DNA from: an uncultured Candidatus Binatia bacterium
GTDB lineage: Bacteria; Desulfobacterota; Binatia; Bin18
Length of the DNA: 64,000 nucleotides
Assembly (NCBI GenBank): GCA_965214605.1
Contig: OZ243961.1
Span: 3,776,001 to 3,840,000 of the forward strand
Direction of reading: 5' to 3'
Part shown: one piece after another, positions 1 to 12,828 of the stretch
How the letters are laid out: each line of letters opens with the position of its first letter
Numbering within the stretch: the stretch's first letter is position 1
Made by a program: the position numbers and the translations under genes
Notes under the pieces: model-generated
Database searches by the model: none
What the model was told of the DNA's origin: nothing
Seen by the model: only the letters and a program-made list of their open reading frames with translations

Positions 1-9
1 CATATCTCA

Positions 10-741
10 GTGAGCGCGGAGCCACTCTTGCGCGGCGAAGGATTGTATAAGGCTTACGCCAAACGGCCCGTGCTGCGTAATGTCACGATTGAGGTCAGGG
101 GTGGTGAGGTGGTCGGCCTGTTGGGGCCGAACGGAGCGGGAAAAACTACCACGTTTTCCATCATCGTCGGCATCATTCGTCCCGATCAGGGCCGCGTGCG
201 CTTCAACGACCAAGACTTTACGTTTTTACCCATGCATCAACGCGCGCGCAGAGGTGTGACGTATTTGCCCCAAGAGCCGTCGGTCTTTCGCAAGCTGACG
301 GTTGAGGAGAATCTGCTGGCTATTCTTGAGACCCTGGACTTGACAAAAAGTCAGCGTCAGGAACGCCTCGAACAGCTGCTGGCCGACCTACGTATCAGCC
401 ATCTGGCCAAAAATCGGGCCGATTCGCTGTCGGGTGGAGAGCGACGACGGGTCGAAATCTCGCGCGCCCTGGTCATGGCCCCGACCTTTATGCTGCTAGA
501 TGAGCCTTTTGCCGGGATTGATCCTCTGTCGGTCGTCGATATTCAGGATATTATTGTCCAGTTACGGACGCGCGGTATCGGTGTGCTCGTGACCGACCAC
601 AATGTTCGCGAAACACTGAGTATTTGTGATCGTGCCTATATCCTGAGTGACGGCCAGGTTTTTGAAGAAGGCACGCCCGCACAGCTGACAACTAGCACCC
701 GCGCTCGACAGGTATATTTGGGTGAGCGCTTTCGGTTATGA
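10..741 (+). CDS. lptB: LPS export ABC transporter ATP-binding protein
   Basis: Walker A GPNGAGKT, YLPQE, LSGGE signature, LLDEPFAGIDP, TDHNVRETL; directly upstream of rpoN as is typical. Confidence 0.96.
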   Translation: MSAEPLLRGEGLYKAYAKRPVLRNVTIEVRGGEVVGLLGPNGAGKTTTFSIIVGIIRPDQGRVRFNDQDFTFLPMHQRARRGVTYLPQEPSVFRKLTVEENLLAILETLDLTKSQRQERLEQLLADLRISHLAKNRADSLSGGERRRVEISRALVMAPTFMLLDEPFAGIDPLSVVDIQDIIVQLRTRGIGVLVTDHNVRETLSICDRAYILSDGQVFEEGTPAQLTTSTRARQVYLGERFRL

Positions 742-784
742 GATCCCTCGCCACCACACAGAAGCGGCCGAGGAAGACGTGCCC

Positions 785-2242
785 ATGGCCTTAGAAGCCC
801 GACTTCAACAAAAACTCCAGCAAAAATTGGTTATCACGCCCCAGTTGCAGCAGGCCATCAAGATTTTGCAGCTGCCGCGAGACGAGTTGGACGTCCTGAT
901 TCATGACGAACTCGACCAAAACCCGGTGCTGGGAGTCGAGACCGTTGAAGCGGCCAGTGAGCAAGAGGCCGCGTTGCTTGACGGCCCACCCACCGCTGCC
1001 CAGGAGTCGGTCCAAGAGAAAAACGCCGAAGAGGAAATTGATTGGCATACCTATCTGGAGAGCTATCACAACGATTGGCCGTCCCTGCCGCCTTCCGGTG
1101 GTGAGGAGGTGGACGAGGAACGGCCGAGTCTGATTGAGAATTATCCCAACCGTCCCGAATCTTTAGAACAGTACCTCTTAGATCAGCTGCGCTTTCATAA
1201 CCTGGGTCCTGAGGAACAGCACATTGCCTCGTTAATCCTTGGTGAGCTCAATATTGACGGCTATTTGCAGACACCGCTCTCCGACATTGCCGCAAAAAGT
1301 TCCTCCGACCCAGCCCAGGTCAAACGGGTTTTGAGGCTCATCCAGACCTGTGATCCTCCTGGGGTTGGGTCTCGCGACCTGCGCGAGTGTCTGCTCTTCC
1401 AGCTACGTTTGCACCAGGGCGAAGCGGAGGTCGATGATTCTCCTGTCTTCAGTCTGGCCCTCCGCATCGTCGACACCCATCTCGGCCTGCTCGAAGATCG
1501 GCCTAATGAGCGGCTGGCCAAAGCGCTGGAGGTGAGCGCTGAACAGGTGGAGGGCGCGATCCGTCTGATTGCGAGCCTGGAGCCCAAGCCGGGCCGTAAC
1601 TTCGGCGAGGGGGACGTCAGCTATATTACCCCGGATGTGTACGTCCACAAGGTTAGCGATGAGTATGTGGTCACGCTCAATGATGACGGCCTGCCGCGGC
1701 TCAAGGTGAACGCCTCCTACCGTCGCTTTCTGAACAGTCCGAACGGTGTTGCCAAAGAGTATGTACGAGGGAAATTGCGCGCCGCGGCCTGGCTGATTAA
1801 GAGCATCCACCAACGTCAGCGTACCCTGCTGCTGGTCGCCCAGAGCATCGTCAAGTTTCAAAAGGATTTTCTGACCTACGGAGTATCTCGCATGCGCCCC
1901 CTGGTATTGCACGATGTGGCGGACGAGATCGGGATTCATGAGTCAACTGTCAGCCGCGCGATTGCCAATAAGTATATTGCCACTCCGCGTGGCATTAAGG
2001 CGCTCAAGAATTTTTTCACCACCGGTCTGAGGGGTAGCCACGGCCAGGACCTTGCGGCCGATAGCGTCAGAGAACGCATCCGCCAAATGATCCAGGCCGA
2101 AGACAGTGACCAGCCGCTGAGCGATGACAAACTTGCCCGCCGGCTGGCGGCCGAGAATATCACTATCGCGCGCCGCACGGTGGCCAAATATCGTGGGGCG
2201 CTCAATATTCTGCCGTCATCAAAACGCAAGAAACTACGCTAG
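785..2242 (+). CDS. rpoN: RNA polymerase sigma-54 factor
   Basis: Q/L-rich region I (TPQLQQAIKILQL), HESTVSRA helix, RpoN box ARRTVAKYR; start moved to ATG 785 (MALEARLQQ). Confidence 0.96.
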   Translation: MALEARLQQKLQQKLVITPQLQQAIKILQLPRDELDVLIHDELDQNPVLGVETVEAASEQEAALLDGPPTAAQESVQEKNAEEEIDWHTYLESYHNDWPSLPPSGGEEVDEERPSLIENYPNRPESLEQYLLDQLRFHNLGPEEQHIASLILGELNIDGYLQTPLSDIAAKSSSDPAQVKRVLRLIQTCDPPGVGSRDLRECLLFQLRLHQGEAEVDDSPVFSLALRIVDTHLGLLEDRPNERLAKALEVSAEQVEGAIRLIASLEPKPGRNFGEGDVSYITPDVYVHKVSDEYVVTLNDDGLPRLKVNASYRRFLNSPNGVAKEYVRGKLRAAAWLIKSIHQRQRTLLLVAQSIVKFQKDFLTYGVSRMRPLVLHDVADEIGIHESTVSRAIANKYIATPRGIKALKNFFTTGLRGSHGQDLAADSVRERIRQMIQAEDSDQPLSDDKLARRLAAENITIARRTVAKYRGALNILPSSKRKKLR

Positions 2243-2280
2243 AGCACGGACAGGGCTAAACAACACAAGGACGGAATCTC

Positions 2281-2742
2281 ATGCGTGTGGTCGATATCCT
2301 GAATCAAGAGCTTGTTGTTCCCCAGCTGCACAGTACGACTAAGACCGATGTTCTCCACGAGCTCTCCCAGCATTTGGCCGCCCACTATCCTTATATTAAT
2401 GCCCAGACTCTAGTGACGGTCCTCCTTGAGCGAGAACGGCTAGGCACGACGGCCATCGGCGATGGAATCGCCATCCCCCACGGCAAGCTGCCCGGACTCA
2501 AAGATGTCGCGGCCGTCTTTGGCCGCAGTCAGTCGGGGATTGATTGTCAATCGTTGGACGGGGCCCCGACCCAGCTGTTTTTCTTACTTGTTGCGCCCGA
2601 AGACTCGGCTGGCGTTCATCTCAAAGCCCTGGCCCGGGTGTCTCGCCTGCTCAAGAAGGCGGATTTTCGGAAAGACCTGTTGTACGGTGAGAGCCAGGCC
2701 GATCTGTTCCGGCTGATCGCCCAAAGGGATGCCCAGCTGTGA
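2281..2742 (+). CDS. ptsN: PTS IIA-Ntr-like protein
   Basis: RERLGTTAIGDGIAIPHGK phospho-His motif, HLKALA; rpoN operon context. Confidence 0.92.
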   Translation: MRVVDILNQELVVPQLHSTTKTDVLHELSQHLAAHYPYINAQTLVTVLLERERLGTTAIGDGIAIPHGKLPGLKDVAAVFGRSQSGIDCQSLDGAPTQLFFLLVAPEDSAGVHLKALARVSRLLKKADFRKDLLYGESQADLFRLIAQRDAQL

Positions 2743-3638
2743 GCACGTCCCCTCCACCTAGTCCGCCATCAGTGACGCTTATGCACGTCCTGATCGTGAC
2801 TGGTTTGTCCGGCTCGGGGAAGAGCACGGCGATTCACGCCCTGGAAGACCTGGGGTTTTATTGTATCGATAATCTGCCGGTGACCCTCATCCCCCAATTT
2901 CTGAACCTGTGCGAGAACAGCCATCAGCCTATTGGTCGGGTTGGTCTGGGTATTGATGTCCGCGAGCGGGTCTCGTTGAATGAATATCCCGCCGTGTTGG
3001 CCGACTTAGGTCGCCATGGTAGGCAGCTTGACATTGTCTACCTTGAGGCGGCCGACGAGATCGTCATCCGCCGTTTTAGCGAAACGCGTCGCCCCCATCC
3101 GGCCGCTGATAAGGGGAGCATTCTCTCGGGTATTCGGATTGAGCGCCAGCGTCTGTCTGGCCTGCGGGCGTTGGCCGATCAGGTGCTCGATACCTCAGCC
3201 CTGACCGTCCACGAGCTGCGTCAACACATCCGTCAAATTGTAGACCGCCGCACCCGGCATCCCTATGCGCTGCTGGTGACCATTGAGTCCTTCGGCTATA
3301 AGTACGGTATCCCGACCGATGCGGATCTGATGCTTGATGTACGCTTTCTGCCCAATCCATTTTTTGTCGAAAAGTTGCGGCCCAAAACGGGCCGCTCGCC
3401 GGACGTTGCGGCTTTCGTGCTCGACTGTCCCGAAGCCGAGCGGTTTCTGACTCAGGTGAGTAATCTCTTAGTCTCCAGCCTGCCCCTGTATGTGCGGGAG
3501 GGCAAAAGCTATCTGACCCTGGCCATTGGCTGTACGGGCGGTCGGCATCGCTCGGTGGCGGTGGCCGAAGAACTCGGCCGCCGTCTGGCCGACAATGGCT
3601 ATAGCGCCCATATCCAGCACCGCGATCACCATCGTTAA
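2739..3638 (+). CDS. rapZ: RNase adapter protein RapZ
   Basis: TGLSGSGKS P-loop, IDNLP, RRFSETRRPHP, SFGYKYG, DVRFLPNP, GCTGGRHRSV. Confidence 0.96.
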   Translation: MSTSPPPSPPSVTLMHVLIVTGLSGSGKSTAIHALEDLGFYCIDNLPVTLIPQFLNLCENSHQPIGRVGLGIDVRERVSLNEYPAVLADLGRHGRQLDIVYLEAADEIVIRRFSETRRPHPAADKGSILSGIRIERQRLSGLRALADQVLDTSALTVHELRQHIRQIVDRRTRHPYALLVTIESFGYKYGIPTDADLMLDVRFLPNPFFVEKLRPKTGRSPDVAAFVLDCPEAERFLTQVSNLLVSSLPLYVREGKSYLTLAIGCTGGRHRSVAVAEELGRRLADNGYSAHIQHRDHHR

Positions 3639-3664
3639 GCGTGGGCCCGGACCACCGAAGAAGC

Positions 3665-3940
3665 ATGACAACGTCGCCTACCCTCGTTCGCCTGACCCTT
3701 GCCCACCCCGAGGGCTTACACGCTCGGGTAGCCGCGATGTGGGTCCGGAGTCTGCGCACCTGTGAGGTCGAGGTGACGGTCAGTTGGGACGGTCGGACGG
3801 TGAACGGCCGCAGTATGATTGAACTGTTGACCTTAGGCGCTCCATACGGCAGCGTGCTAGAGGTGCAGATAAGCGGAGCGGATGCCGAGGCCGCGCTGAC
3901 CGTCCTGCGTCAGGTCGTTGAAGTGCCTTCTGGTGGCTAG
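3665..3940 (+). CDS. ptsH: HPr-family phosphocarrier protein
   Basis: GLHAR (His15 motif) and [11 protein letters not shown] (Ser46 region); start set at ATG 3665. Confidence 0.88.
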   Translation: MTTSPTLVRLTLAHPEGLHARVAAMWVRSLRTCEVEVTVSWDGRTVNGRSMIELLTLGAPYGSVLEVQISGADAEAALTVLRQVVEVPSGG

Positions 3941-4020
3941 ATCTTGACGCTGGGGCCGGGATTCTATTAGATGCGCCGTGCGATAAGAGACCCCAAACAG
4001 ACACAAAGAAGGAGGGGCTG

Positions 4021-6503
<2,483 letters not shown>

Positions 6504-6512
6504 TCTCGGTAT

Positions 6513-9254
6513 ATGCCAATCACCCCACCCCAGACCGATCTGATGGGCCTAGGCCGACCGGTTGACGTTGTCCTGCCCCCCTTGCCTTCGGCCGACCTGG
6601 ACGCCGAAGCCGGCTCGGATTTCGATCTCAAAAAAATTAGCAAAGACTATGTGACTCGCCTGCGTGAGGAGTTGGTCGCCCAGCAGCGGGCCGGCGTTGG
6701 AGGCGGAGAGTTGGTCAGCTATTACACCGCCCATATCGACCGTTTAATTCAGTATCTGTTTGCCACTGCAACTCAACTCTACGTCCGTCGCTACACCCGC
6801 CTCCAACAACGCTGCGCGGTTCTGGCTCAAGGGGGCTATGGCCGGGGTGAGCTCAACCCCTATTCGGATCTTGATCTGCTGTTCTTATACCGCTGGAAAA
6901 TCACCCCGTATGTCGAGACGATATGCGAGATGATCTACTACAGCCTGCTCGATTGTGGATTTGTTGTCGGCCATGCGGTACGCACGGTACGTACCTGTAC
7001 CCGCCTGGCCGCTCAAGACCTGCAGGTCAAGACTTCACTACTCGATACCCGACCGCTGTGTGGTGATCCCCAGCTGAGCCGGGACTTTGACCTGGCCCTT
7101 GAGCGTGAGATTATTGGCAAACAGACCAAGCATTTTTTTCAACAAAAGGCCTGGGAGAGCCGCCAGCGGCACGAACGGTACGGCAACTCTCCCTACCGGC
7201 TTGAGCCTCACATCAAGGAGAGCCCGGGTGGTCTGCGCGACCTCCACACCGCCTGGTGGTTGGCCAGGGTGAAGTTCAAGATTCAGACTTGGCGCGAGTT
7301 GTTCCAGAAGGGGGTTGTCCCCCAATATACCCTTGACCAGGTCGAAGCCGCGCGTGACTTTCTGTGGCGGGTGCGCAACGGCATGCATCTGGCCACCCAC
7401 AGCGAGCACGACCAGCTGACCGTTGAGCAACAGGATCAACTCGCTCCTCAGCTCGGCTTTCCCGATGCGGTCAGCTTTATGTATGAATATTACCGCCACG
7501 CCACCACCCTATACGACTTCTCTCGTCTGATGCTCGAGCAGTGCCTGGAGACGCCCCGCATCTCCTTTTTCCGACGCAGACGGGGGCGCGATATCCGGCC
7601 CGGGGTCAGAATCGCAGACCAGACTTTAGCGATCACCAAGCCCGAGATATTGACCGATGAGCCGGTCAATATGGTGACGGTTTTTTACGACGCCCAGCGC
7701 CACGGTGTACGTATTTCCCATGCCACCCAGCAGCTCTTGCGTGACACGCTCAACCGTCTGCCGCCCGGCGCCGGAGAACGTCCGGAGATGCGCAGCGCTC
7801 TGTACGCGGTTCTGAACTGGAAACAGCGGGTGGCAGATACCCTATGGCTGATGCACGGCCTAGGGGTGCTAGGTTGGATTTTACCCGAGTTCGGCAATAT
7901 GCGGTGGCGCATTCAGCGCGATCTCTACCACGTCTACACCGTCGATGAGCACACCCTACACGGCGTGGCTGCCCTTGAGCAGCTACGCGAAGGACGGTTT
8001 AAAGAAGACCTGCCGCTGCTGACCCAAGTCATGCGCGAAATCGACAAGGTTGAGCTGCTGTTCCTATCCATGTTGTACCACGATGTTGCCAAGGGCCACG
8101 GTGGTGACCACGATGAACACGGCGCGGCCATGGTACGCCAGGCGGCCGACCGCTGGGAGATGGCGGAGGACGACGCGCACGAGTGGTATTTGCTCGTTCA
8201 ACATCACTTGCTGATGTCGTATATTGCCCAGCGTCGCGACATCTCTGACGACGACCTGATCGCCGAGTTTGCCCGGACTGTTGAGACTCAGAACGTGCTC
8301 AAAAAGCTCTATCTGCTGACCTTCGCCGATATGAAAGCGGTCGGTCCTAAGGTGTGGAACAGTTGGAAGGCGGGTTTGCTCGACGAGCTGTATCTGCGCA
8401 CTCTGGAGCGGTTTGAGACCGGGCTATCGGTTGAGGAAGACCCCCAGGCTCGTATCCAACGACGTAAAGACGCGCTGGTGGCGCTGCTTCTGGGCCGGGG
8501 ACAGGCCGTTCCAGAGCAGGTTCAGGCTTTTTTGGACGAAATGCCGGACAGCTATTTTCTGTCTACTCCGGAAGAAGCTATCCCTGATCACTTCCGTTTA
8601 ATCACCCGTTTTCTTCAGATGGACGGCCATAAGGCCGATCAAGACCCGTATCTGTCCGCCCTGACCCATTTCCCCGAGCGCGAATACAGCGAGCTAACCG
8701 TTGTGACCCAGGATCGGCCGGGTCTGTTTGCGCTCTTAACCGGTGTGCTGGCGGTCAACAACCTGAATGTTGCTAGCGCCCGTATCTCAACTAGTCGGGA
8801 TGGACTCGCGCTGGACGTTTTTCGCCTGTCCCACGCTGGGCGCTCTGAGGTCGTGATGGATAGCGAGCTATGGTCCCGGCTACGGATCCGTCTGGCAGCA
8901 GTCCTGCGTGGGGAACGGACGCTTGAAGATCTGCTCCAAATGACCCGTTCACCATCCTACCTCAATAAGCGCCATGACCGCATCCCAACTGAAGTCACGG
9001 TCGATAACAGCAGCTCGCCGGTGTATACGGTTATTGATGTCACGGCGCCCGACCGGACCGGCTTCCTGTTTCGGGTCACGGCCGCCTTGTTCCAGCTCGG
9101 TCTGCTCATCCATCTGGCCAAGATCACGACTAACGTGAATCAGGTCTTGGACGTTTTCTATGTGACTGATAGTCGGGGGAGCAAGGTGAACAATCCAGAC
9201 CAGCTCGCGGTCGCCTTACGGCGACGGACTTTTGATGCGGAGGGGAGGGGCTAA
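6513..9254 (+). CDS. glnD: Bifunctional PII uridylyltransferase/uridylyl-removing enzyme
   Basis: GGYGRGELNPYSDLDLL nucleotidyltransferase motif, KESPGGLRD, HVYTVDEH, HD domain (YHDVAKG), two C-terminal ACT domains. Confidence 0.95.
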   Translation: MPITPPQTDLMGLGRPVDVVLPPLPSADLDAEAGSDFDLKKISKDYVTRLREELVAQQRAGVGGGELVSYYTAHIDRLIQYLFATATQLYVRRYTRLQQRCAVLAQGGYGRGELNPYSDLDLLFLYRWKITPYVETICEMIYYSLLDCGFVVGHAVRTVRTCTRLAAQDLQVKTSLLDTRPLCGDPQLSRDFDLALEREIIGKQTKHFFQQKAWESRQRHERYGNSPYRLEPHIKESPGGLRDLHTAWWLARVKFKIQTWRELFQKGVVPQYTLDQVEAARDFLWRVRNGMHLATHSEHDQLTVEQQDQLAPQLGFPDAVSFMYEYYRHATTLYDFSRLMLEQCLETPRISFFRRRRGRDIRPGVRIADQTLAITKPEILTDEPVNMVTVFYDAQRHGVRISHATQQLLRDTLNRLPPGAGERPEMRSALYAVLNWKQRVADTLWLMHGLGVLGWILPEFGNMRWRIQRDLYHVYTVDEHTLHGVAALEQLREGRFKEDLPLLTQVMREIDKVELLFLSMLYHDVAKGHGGDHDEHGAAMVRQAADRWEMAEDDAHEWYLLVQHHLLMSYIAQRRDISDDDLIAEFARTVETQNVLKKLYLLTFADMKAVGPKVWNSWKAGLLDELYLRTLERFETGLSVEEDPQARIQRRKDALVALLLGRGQAVPEQVQAFLDEMPDSYFLSTPEEAIPDHFRLITRFLQMDGHKADQDPYLSALTHFPEREYSELTVVTQDRPGLFALLTGVLAVNNLNVASARISTSRDGLALDVFRLSHAGRSEVVMDSELWSRLRIRLAAVLRGERTLEDLLQMTRSPSYLNKRHDRIPTEVTVDNSSSPVYTVIDVTAPDRTGFLFRVTAALFQLGLLIHLAKITTNVNQVLDVFYVTDSRGSKVNNPDQLAVALRRRTFDAEGRG

Positions 9255-10177
9255 TGGAAGAGCAGGACACGGGGGCTATCGCGGCGAGCGACACCTGCGC
9301 GGACGCGTTTCTCAACTACATTACGGTCGAGAAGGGTTTGGCAAAAAATACCATCCACGCCTATAGCCGTGATGTGGGTGAGTTTTGTCAATATCTGGAC
9401 AGTCAGGGGATTGATGATCTGCGACAGGCCGGCCCACGGCATGTGATCGGTTTTCTGACCAGCATCCGCGAGCGGGGGCTGGCGGCGCGCAGCCAAGCCC
9501 GGATACTCACCGTTCTCAGAGGCTTATACCGTTTTTTACAGCGCGAGGAACTCCTCCCCGGAGCCGACCCGACCGCTCATCTCCCGCTACCCAAAATTGG
9601 CCAGCGTCTGCCCCATACTCCGTCTCAAGCTCAGATTGACGTGCTGCTCAACGCCCCAGACACCTCGACCCCGCTCGGTATCCGCGACCGGGCCATGCTT
9701 GAACTTCTGTACGCTACCGGTCTGCGCGTTTCCGAACTGGTCAATTTAGACCTCAGCCAGCTCAATCTTGAGGCTGGTTTTGTCCGCGTCCGGGGCAAAG
9801 CCGGACGTGAGCGCGTGGTTCCGCTCGGTTCGCAGGCCAAGGCGAAAATCGACGTCTATCTCGACCAGGCGCGGCCGGCGCTCTTAAAGCACCGGACGAG
9901 TTCCTTTGTGTTTCTCACCCGTTCCGCCAAGCCTTTAAGCCGTCAGGGATTCTGGCGGTTGCTCAAACAGTACACCAAGCGGGTGGCCGACGGCGGAGCG
10001 GTCTATCCGCATGCCCTGCGCCACGCGTTTGCGACCCATTTACTCGAAGGCGGGGCAGATCTGCGGGCGGTCCAATCTATGCTAGGCCACGTTGATATTG
10101 CCACAACCCAAATCTATACTCACCTGAGCAATGAGCGGCTGCGTGAGGTGCACCGCAAATATCACCCCAGAGGCTGA
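9254..10177 (+). CDS. xerD: Site-specific tyrosine recombinase XerD
   Basis: RDRAMLELLYATGLRVSEL, HALRHAFATHLLEGGADLR, LGH, TTQIYTH, C-terminal HPRG; TAATG overlap with glnD. Confidence 0.93.
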   Translation: MEEQDTGAIAASDTCADAFLNYITVEKGLAKNTIHAYSRDVGEFCQYLDSQGIDDLRQAGPRHVIGFLTSIRERGLAARSQARILTVLRGLYRFLQREELLPGADPTAHLPLPKIGQRLPHTPSQAQIDVLLNAPDTSTPLGIRDRAMLELLYATGLRVSELVNLDLSQLNLEAGFVRVRGKAGRERVVPLGSQAKAKIDVYLDQARPALLKHRTSSFVFLTRSAKPLSRQGFWRLLKQYTKRVADGGAVYPHALRHAFATHLLEGGADLRAVQSMLGHVDIATTQIYTHLSNERLREVHRKYHPRG

Positions 10178-10196
10178 GGCTGCCCCTGCCGTAAGT

Positions 10197-11597
10197 TTAT
10201 TGGGCAGCCGTGTGCAGGGCTTCGAGCATGGCGTGGACGGTGGTGAGTTTCTCACGCGGTTTGCCCAAGGGCTTGCCAGCTTCGACCTCAAGCTGGTCCA
10301 GCCGCTTCCAGTCGGCAAAGGTAACGTAGCGCACGTCTCTAGCTGACAGCAGGCTAGGAAGAGCTTCGGGATCGCTGTCCAGTCCGTCCGGTAACAAGGG
10401 CACGTCTTCAAGCATCCGCCTCACACTGTCCGCCGCGTCAGGCTTATTGGTGCCCACAACACCGGACGGACCGCGTTTAATCCAGCCCGTCACGTACAGG
10501 CGCGGCACTGCCGCACCGGTTTCTTGATCGGTCACCCGTCCATTCTGGTTGGGGACGATACCGGCGCGTTCGTCGAACGGCACGCCCGACAGGCGGTGGC
10601 CTTTATAGCCGATGGAGCGAAAGATCATCTGAATCGGAAACTCCTCATAGACTCCGGTTCCCCGTGCGCGTAGAGTCCCGCTCTCATCTTTGACCAATTT
10701 ATTCTTCTCTAAACGCACACCCTCAACCCGATCGCTGCCCAGAATCTCGACCGGCGAGACAAAAAAACGGACCCGGATCTTGCGCCACCCATTGCCCTCA
10801 CCCTTCTCTATCTGTTTGGTGAGAATATCAACATTGCGCCGATGGAGGTCCGGAGCCTGGTCGAGAAATTCTTGACTGAGCTCGTCCATGACGAGATCGG
10901 GTGGGTGCACGATAAGATCGACCTGCGGGATCTGGGTCAGTTCACGAATCTCTGGATTGGTGAAGGCCGCCTGGGCTGCGCCGCGGCGGCCCAACAGAAA
11001 AATTTCTTTGACCGCACTCTTGCTCAACATCTCCAGCGCATAGTTGGTGATGTCAGTGGTCGATAACTCCTCGACCGATTTAGCCAAGATGCGCGTCACA
11101 TCCATGGCCACATTGCCGTTGCCGATCACCGCCACCCGTTCGACCTGGCTCAGGTCAAACTCCAGATCGCGATAATCTGGATGGCCGTTGTACCAGCCGA
11201 CAAAAATTGTCGCCGGGTAGCTGCCGGGCAGATCTTCGCCAGGGATATTCAGACGACGGTCCGATTCTGCCCCGGTGGCAAACAGGACTTGGTGATAGTG
11301 AGCTAGGACGTCTTTGAGAGAGACATCGGTGCCAAAGCTCACATTGCCAAAGAAGCGGAAGCGGTCTTGACCTGCGGTTTTCTCGTACTGCCTGATGACC
11401 GCTTTAATCTTCTGGTGATCCGGGGCCACGCCGCCCCGTACCAGCCCATAGGGGGTCGGCAGTCGGTCGAACAGGTCAACCGTTACCGTGTAGTCCTTCT
11501 GCCGTAACAACTCCGCCACCGCGTAAAAACCGGCCGGTCCAGAACCAAAAATAGCGACCCGGAGAGGGTTTGCCGGGCTGCCCAGTTGCTCTGCCAT
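10197..11597 (-). CDS. FprA/adrenodoxin-reductase-type NADPH-ferredoxin oxidoreductase
   Basis: GSGPAG FAD motif, PYGLVRGGVAPDH, GNGNVAMD NADP motif, GWIKRGPSGVVGTN. Confidence 0.9.
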   Translation of the reverse strand: MAEQLGSPANPLRVAIFGSGPAGFYAVAELLRQKDYTVTVDLFDRLPTPYGLVRGGVAPDHQKIKAVIRQYEKTAGQDRFRFFGNVSFGTDVSLKDVLAHYHQVLFATGAESDRRLNIPGEDLPGSYPATIFVGWYNGHPDYRDLEFDLSQVERVAVIGNGNVAMDVTRILAKSVEELSTTDITNYALEMLSKSAVKEIFLLGRRGAAQAAFTNPEIRELTQIPQVDLIVHPPDLVMDELSQEFLDQAPDLHRRNVDILTKQIEKGEGNGWRKIRVRFFVSPVEILGSDRVEGVRLEKNKLVKDESGTLRARGTGVYEEFPIQMIFRSIGYKGHRLSGVPFDERAGIVPNQNGRVTDQETGAAVPRLYVTGWIKRGPSGVVGTNKPDAADSVRRMLEDVPLLPDGLDSDPEALPSLLSARDVRYVTFADWKRLDQLEVEAGKPLGKPREKLTTVHAMLEALHTAAQ

Positions 11598-11733
11598 GCT
11601 GTCCCTTTCGCGAAGAAGATCCTCAAGGGACGCACGCTAGCGGCTCTGGCGTAAGCAGTCAACCAGACTAGAGACATCATAGATGGGACGTGTATAATTC
11701 TCCCACCAACCGTCGCGCACCACGGAGCAAGTT

Positions 11734-12744
11734 ATGACGCAAAAACGCTGGTCCCTGTCCGTTCCGATTGAGGAAGTCTCGCTTGCCGAGCATGCAGAGG
11801 TCGCCCGCCAGGCTGAGCAGCTGGGCTATACCGACGCCTGGTCCTTAGAAGTTGACGGCACCGACTGTTTTTCCCCCTTGGCGCTGATTGGCTCGGCCAC
11901 CCAGCTGCGACTGGGAACCGCGATTGCCAACGTGTATACCCGTGGTCCGGGGACTTTGGCTATGAGTGCCGCCGGACTTGCCGAGGCAGCTCCGGGCCGG
12001 TTTTGTCTGGGGCTGGGCGCGGGCTCGCAGCCAATTGTAGAGAACTGGAATGGCGGCCAGTTCCGGCGCCCGATCAGACGGGTGCGCGAAATGGTCGCAT
12101 TTCTGCGTCGGGCGTTTGCCGGGGAACGAGTGGTATTTGAGGGCGAGACCTTCCGCGTCCAGGGCTTTCGGCTGAGTCGGCCGCCCAGCGCGCCTATCCC
12201 GATTCATCTGGCCGCCCTGCGTCCGGCCATGTTAGGCGCGGCCGGCCAGATCGGTGACGGCGCGATTCTCAACTGGCTGTCGGCCGAGGATGTCAAAAAA
12301 TCAATCGCCGTTGTCCGTAAGGCCGCCCAAAACGCGGGTCGTGATCCTGGAGCGGTGGAGATTACGGCCCGCGTGTTTGTGTGTGTCGATCCCCCCTCGC
12401 CGGAGACCGATACGGGTATCCGACGTCATATCAACACTTATCTCAACGTACCGGTCTATAAAGCCTTTCACGAGTGGCTGGGACGCGCTGAGACACTGGA
12501 ACCGATGTGGCGGGCCTGGAGCAGCGGCGACCGCAGGGCGGCGGTAGCTGCGGTTCCGCAATCGGTCATTGACGAACTCATCTTAGGCGGTTCGGCGGAT
12601 GAGGTACACGCCCACGTTAAGCGCTATATGGAGGCTGGGGTGAACACGGCTTTTTTGCAGCTTCAAAGCTTTGCCAAAGATCCGTCCGTCAAGCGTCAGC
12701 GGCTGCTCCAGGCCGTGCAGGATCTGGCCCCAGCTCGACGCTGA
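11734..12744 (+). CDS. LLM-class (luciferase-like) oxidoreductase, probably F420-dependent
   Basis: AEQLGYTDAW, LGTAIANVYTRGP, GRFCLGLGAG, PIHLAALRPAML pattern typical of Mer-like LLM proteins; cofactor is inferred. Confidence 0.85.
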   Translation: MTQKRWSLSVPIEEVSLAEHAEVARQAEQLGYTDAWSLEVDGTDCFSPLALIGSATQLRLGTAIANVYTRGPGTLAMSAAGLAEAAPGRFCLGLGAGSQPIVENWNGGQFRRPIRRVREMVAFLRRAFAGERVVFEGETFRVQGFRLSRPPSAPIPIHLAALRPAMLGAAGQIGDGAILNWLSAEDVKKSIAVVRKAAQNAGRDPGAVEITARVFVCVDPPSPETDTGIRRHINTYLNVPVYKAFHEWLGRAETLEPMWRAWSSGDRRAAVAAVPQSVIDELILGGSADEVHAHVKRYMEAGVNTAFLQLQSFAKDPSVKRQRLLQAVQDLAPARR

Positions 12745-12828
12745 TAATACGGTGAACGCGTAGGCGGTGGTCATGATCGCTTGCCTTGTCGAATCTGCAC
12801 CCCAGCTATCACACAAGAGGCTGTTGTT

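Noticed and set aside
3941-4020. SAM/SAH riboswitch upstream of metK
   Set aside because: The intergenic region is only 80 bp and shows no recognisable riboswitch core; only a weak TTGACG promoter-like hexamer.
9254-10177. Tyrosine recombinase as a prophage or island integrase
   Set aside because: Size and motifs match housekeeping XerD; it is coupled to glnD with no phage genes or att sites nearby.
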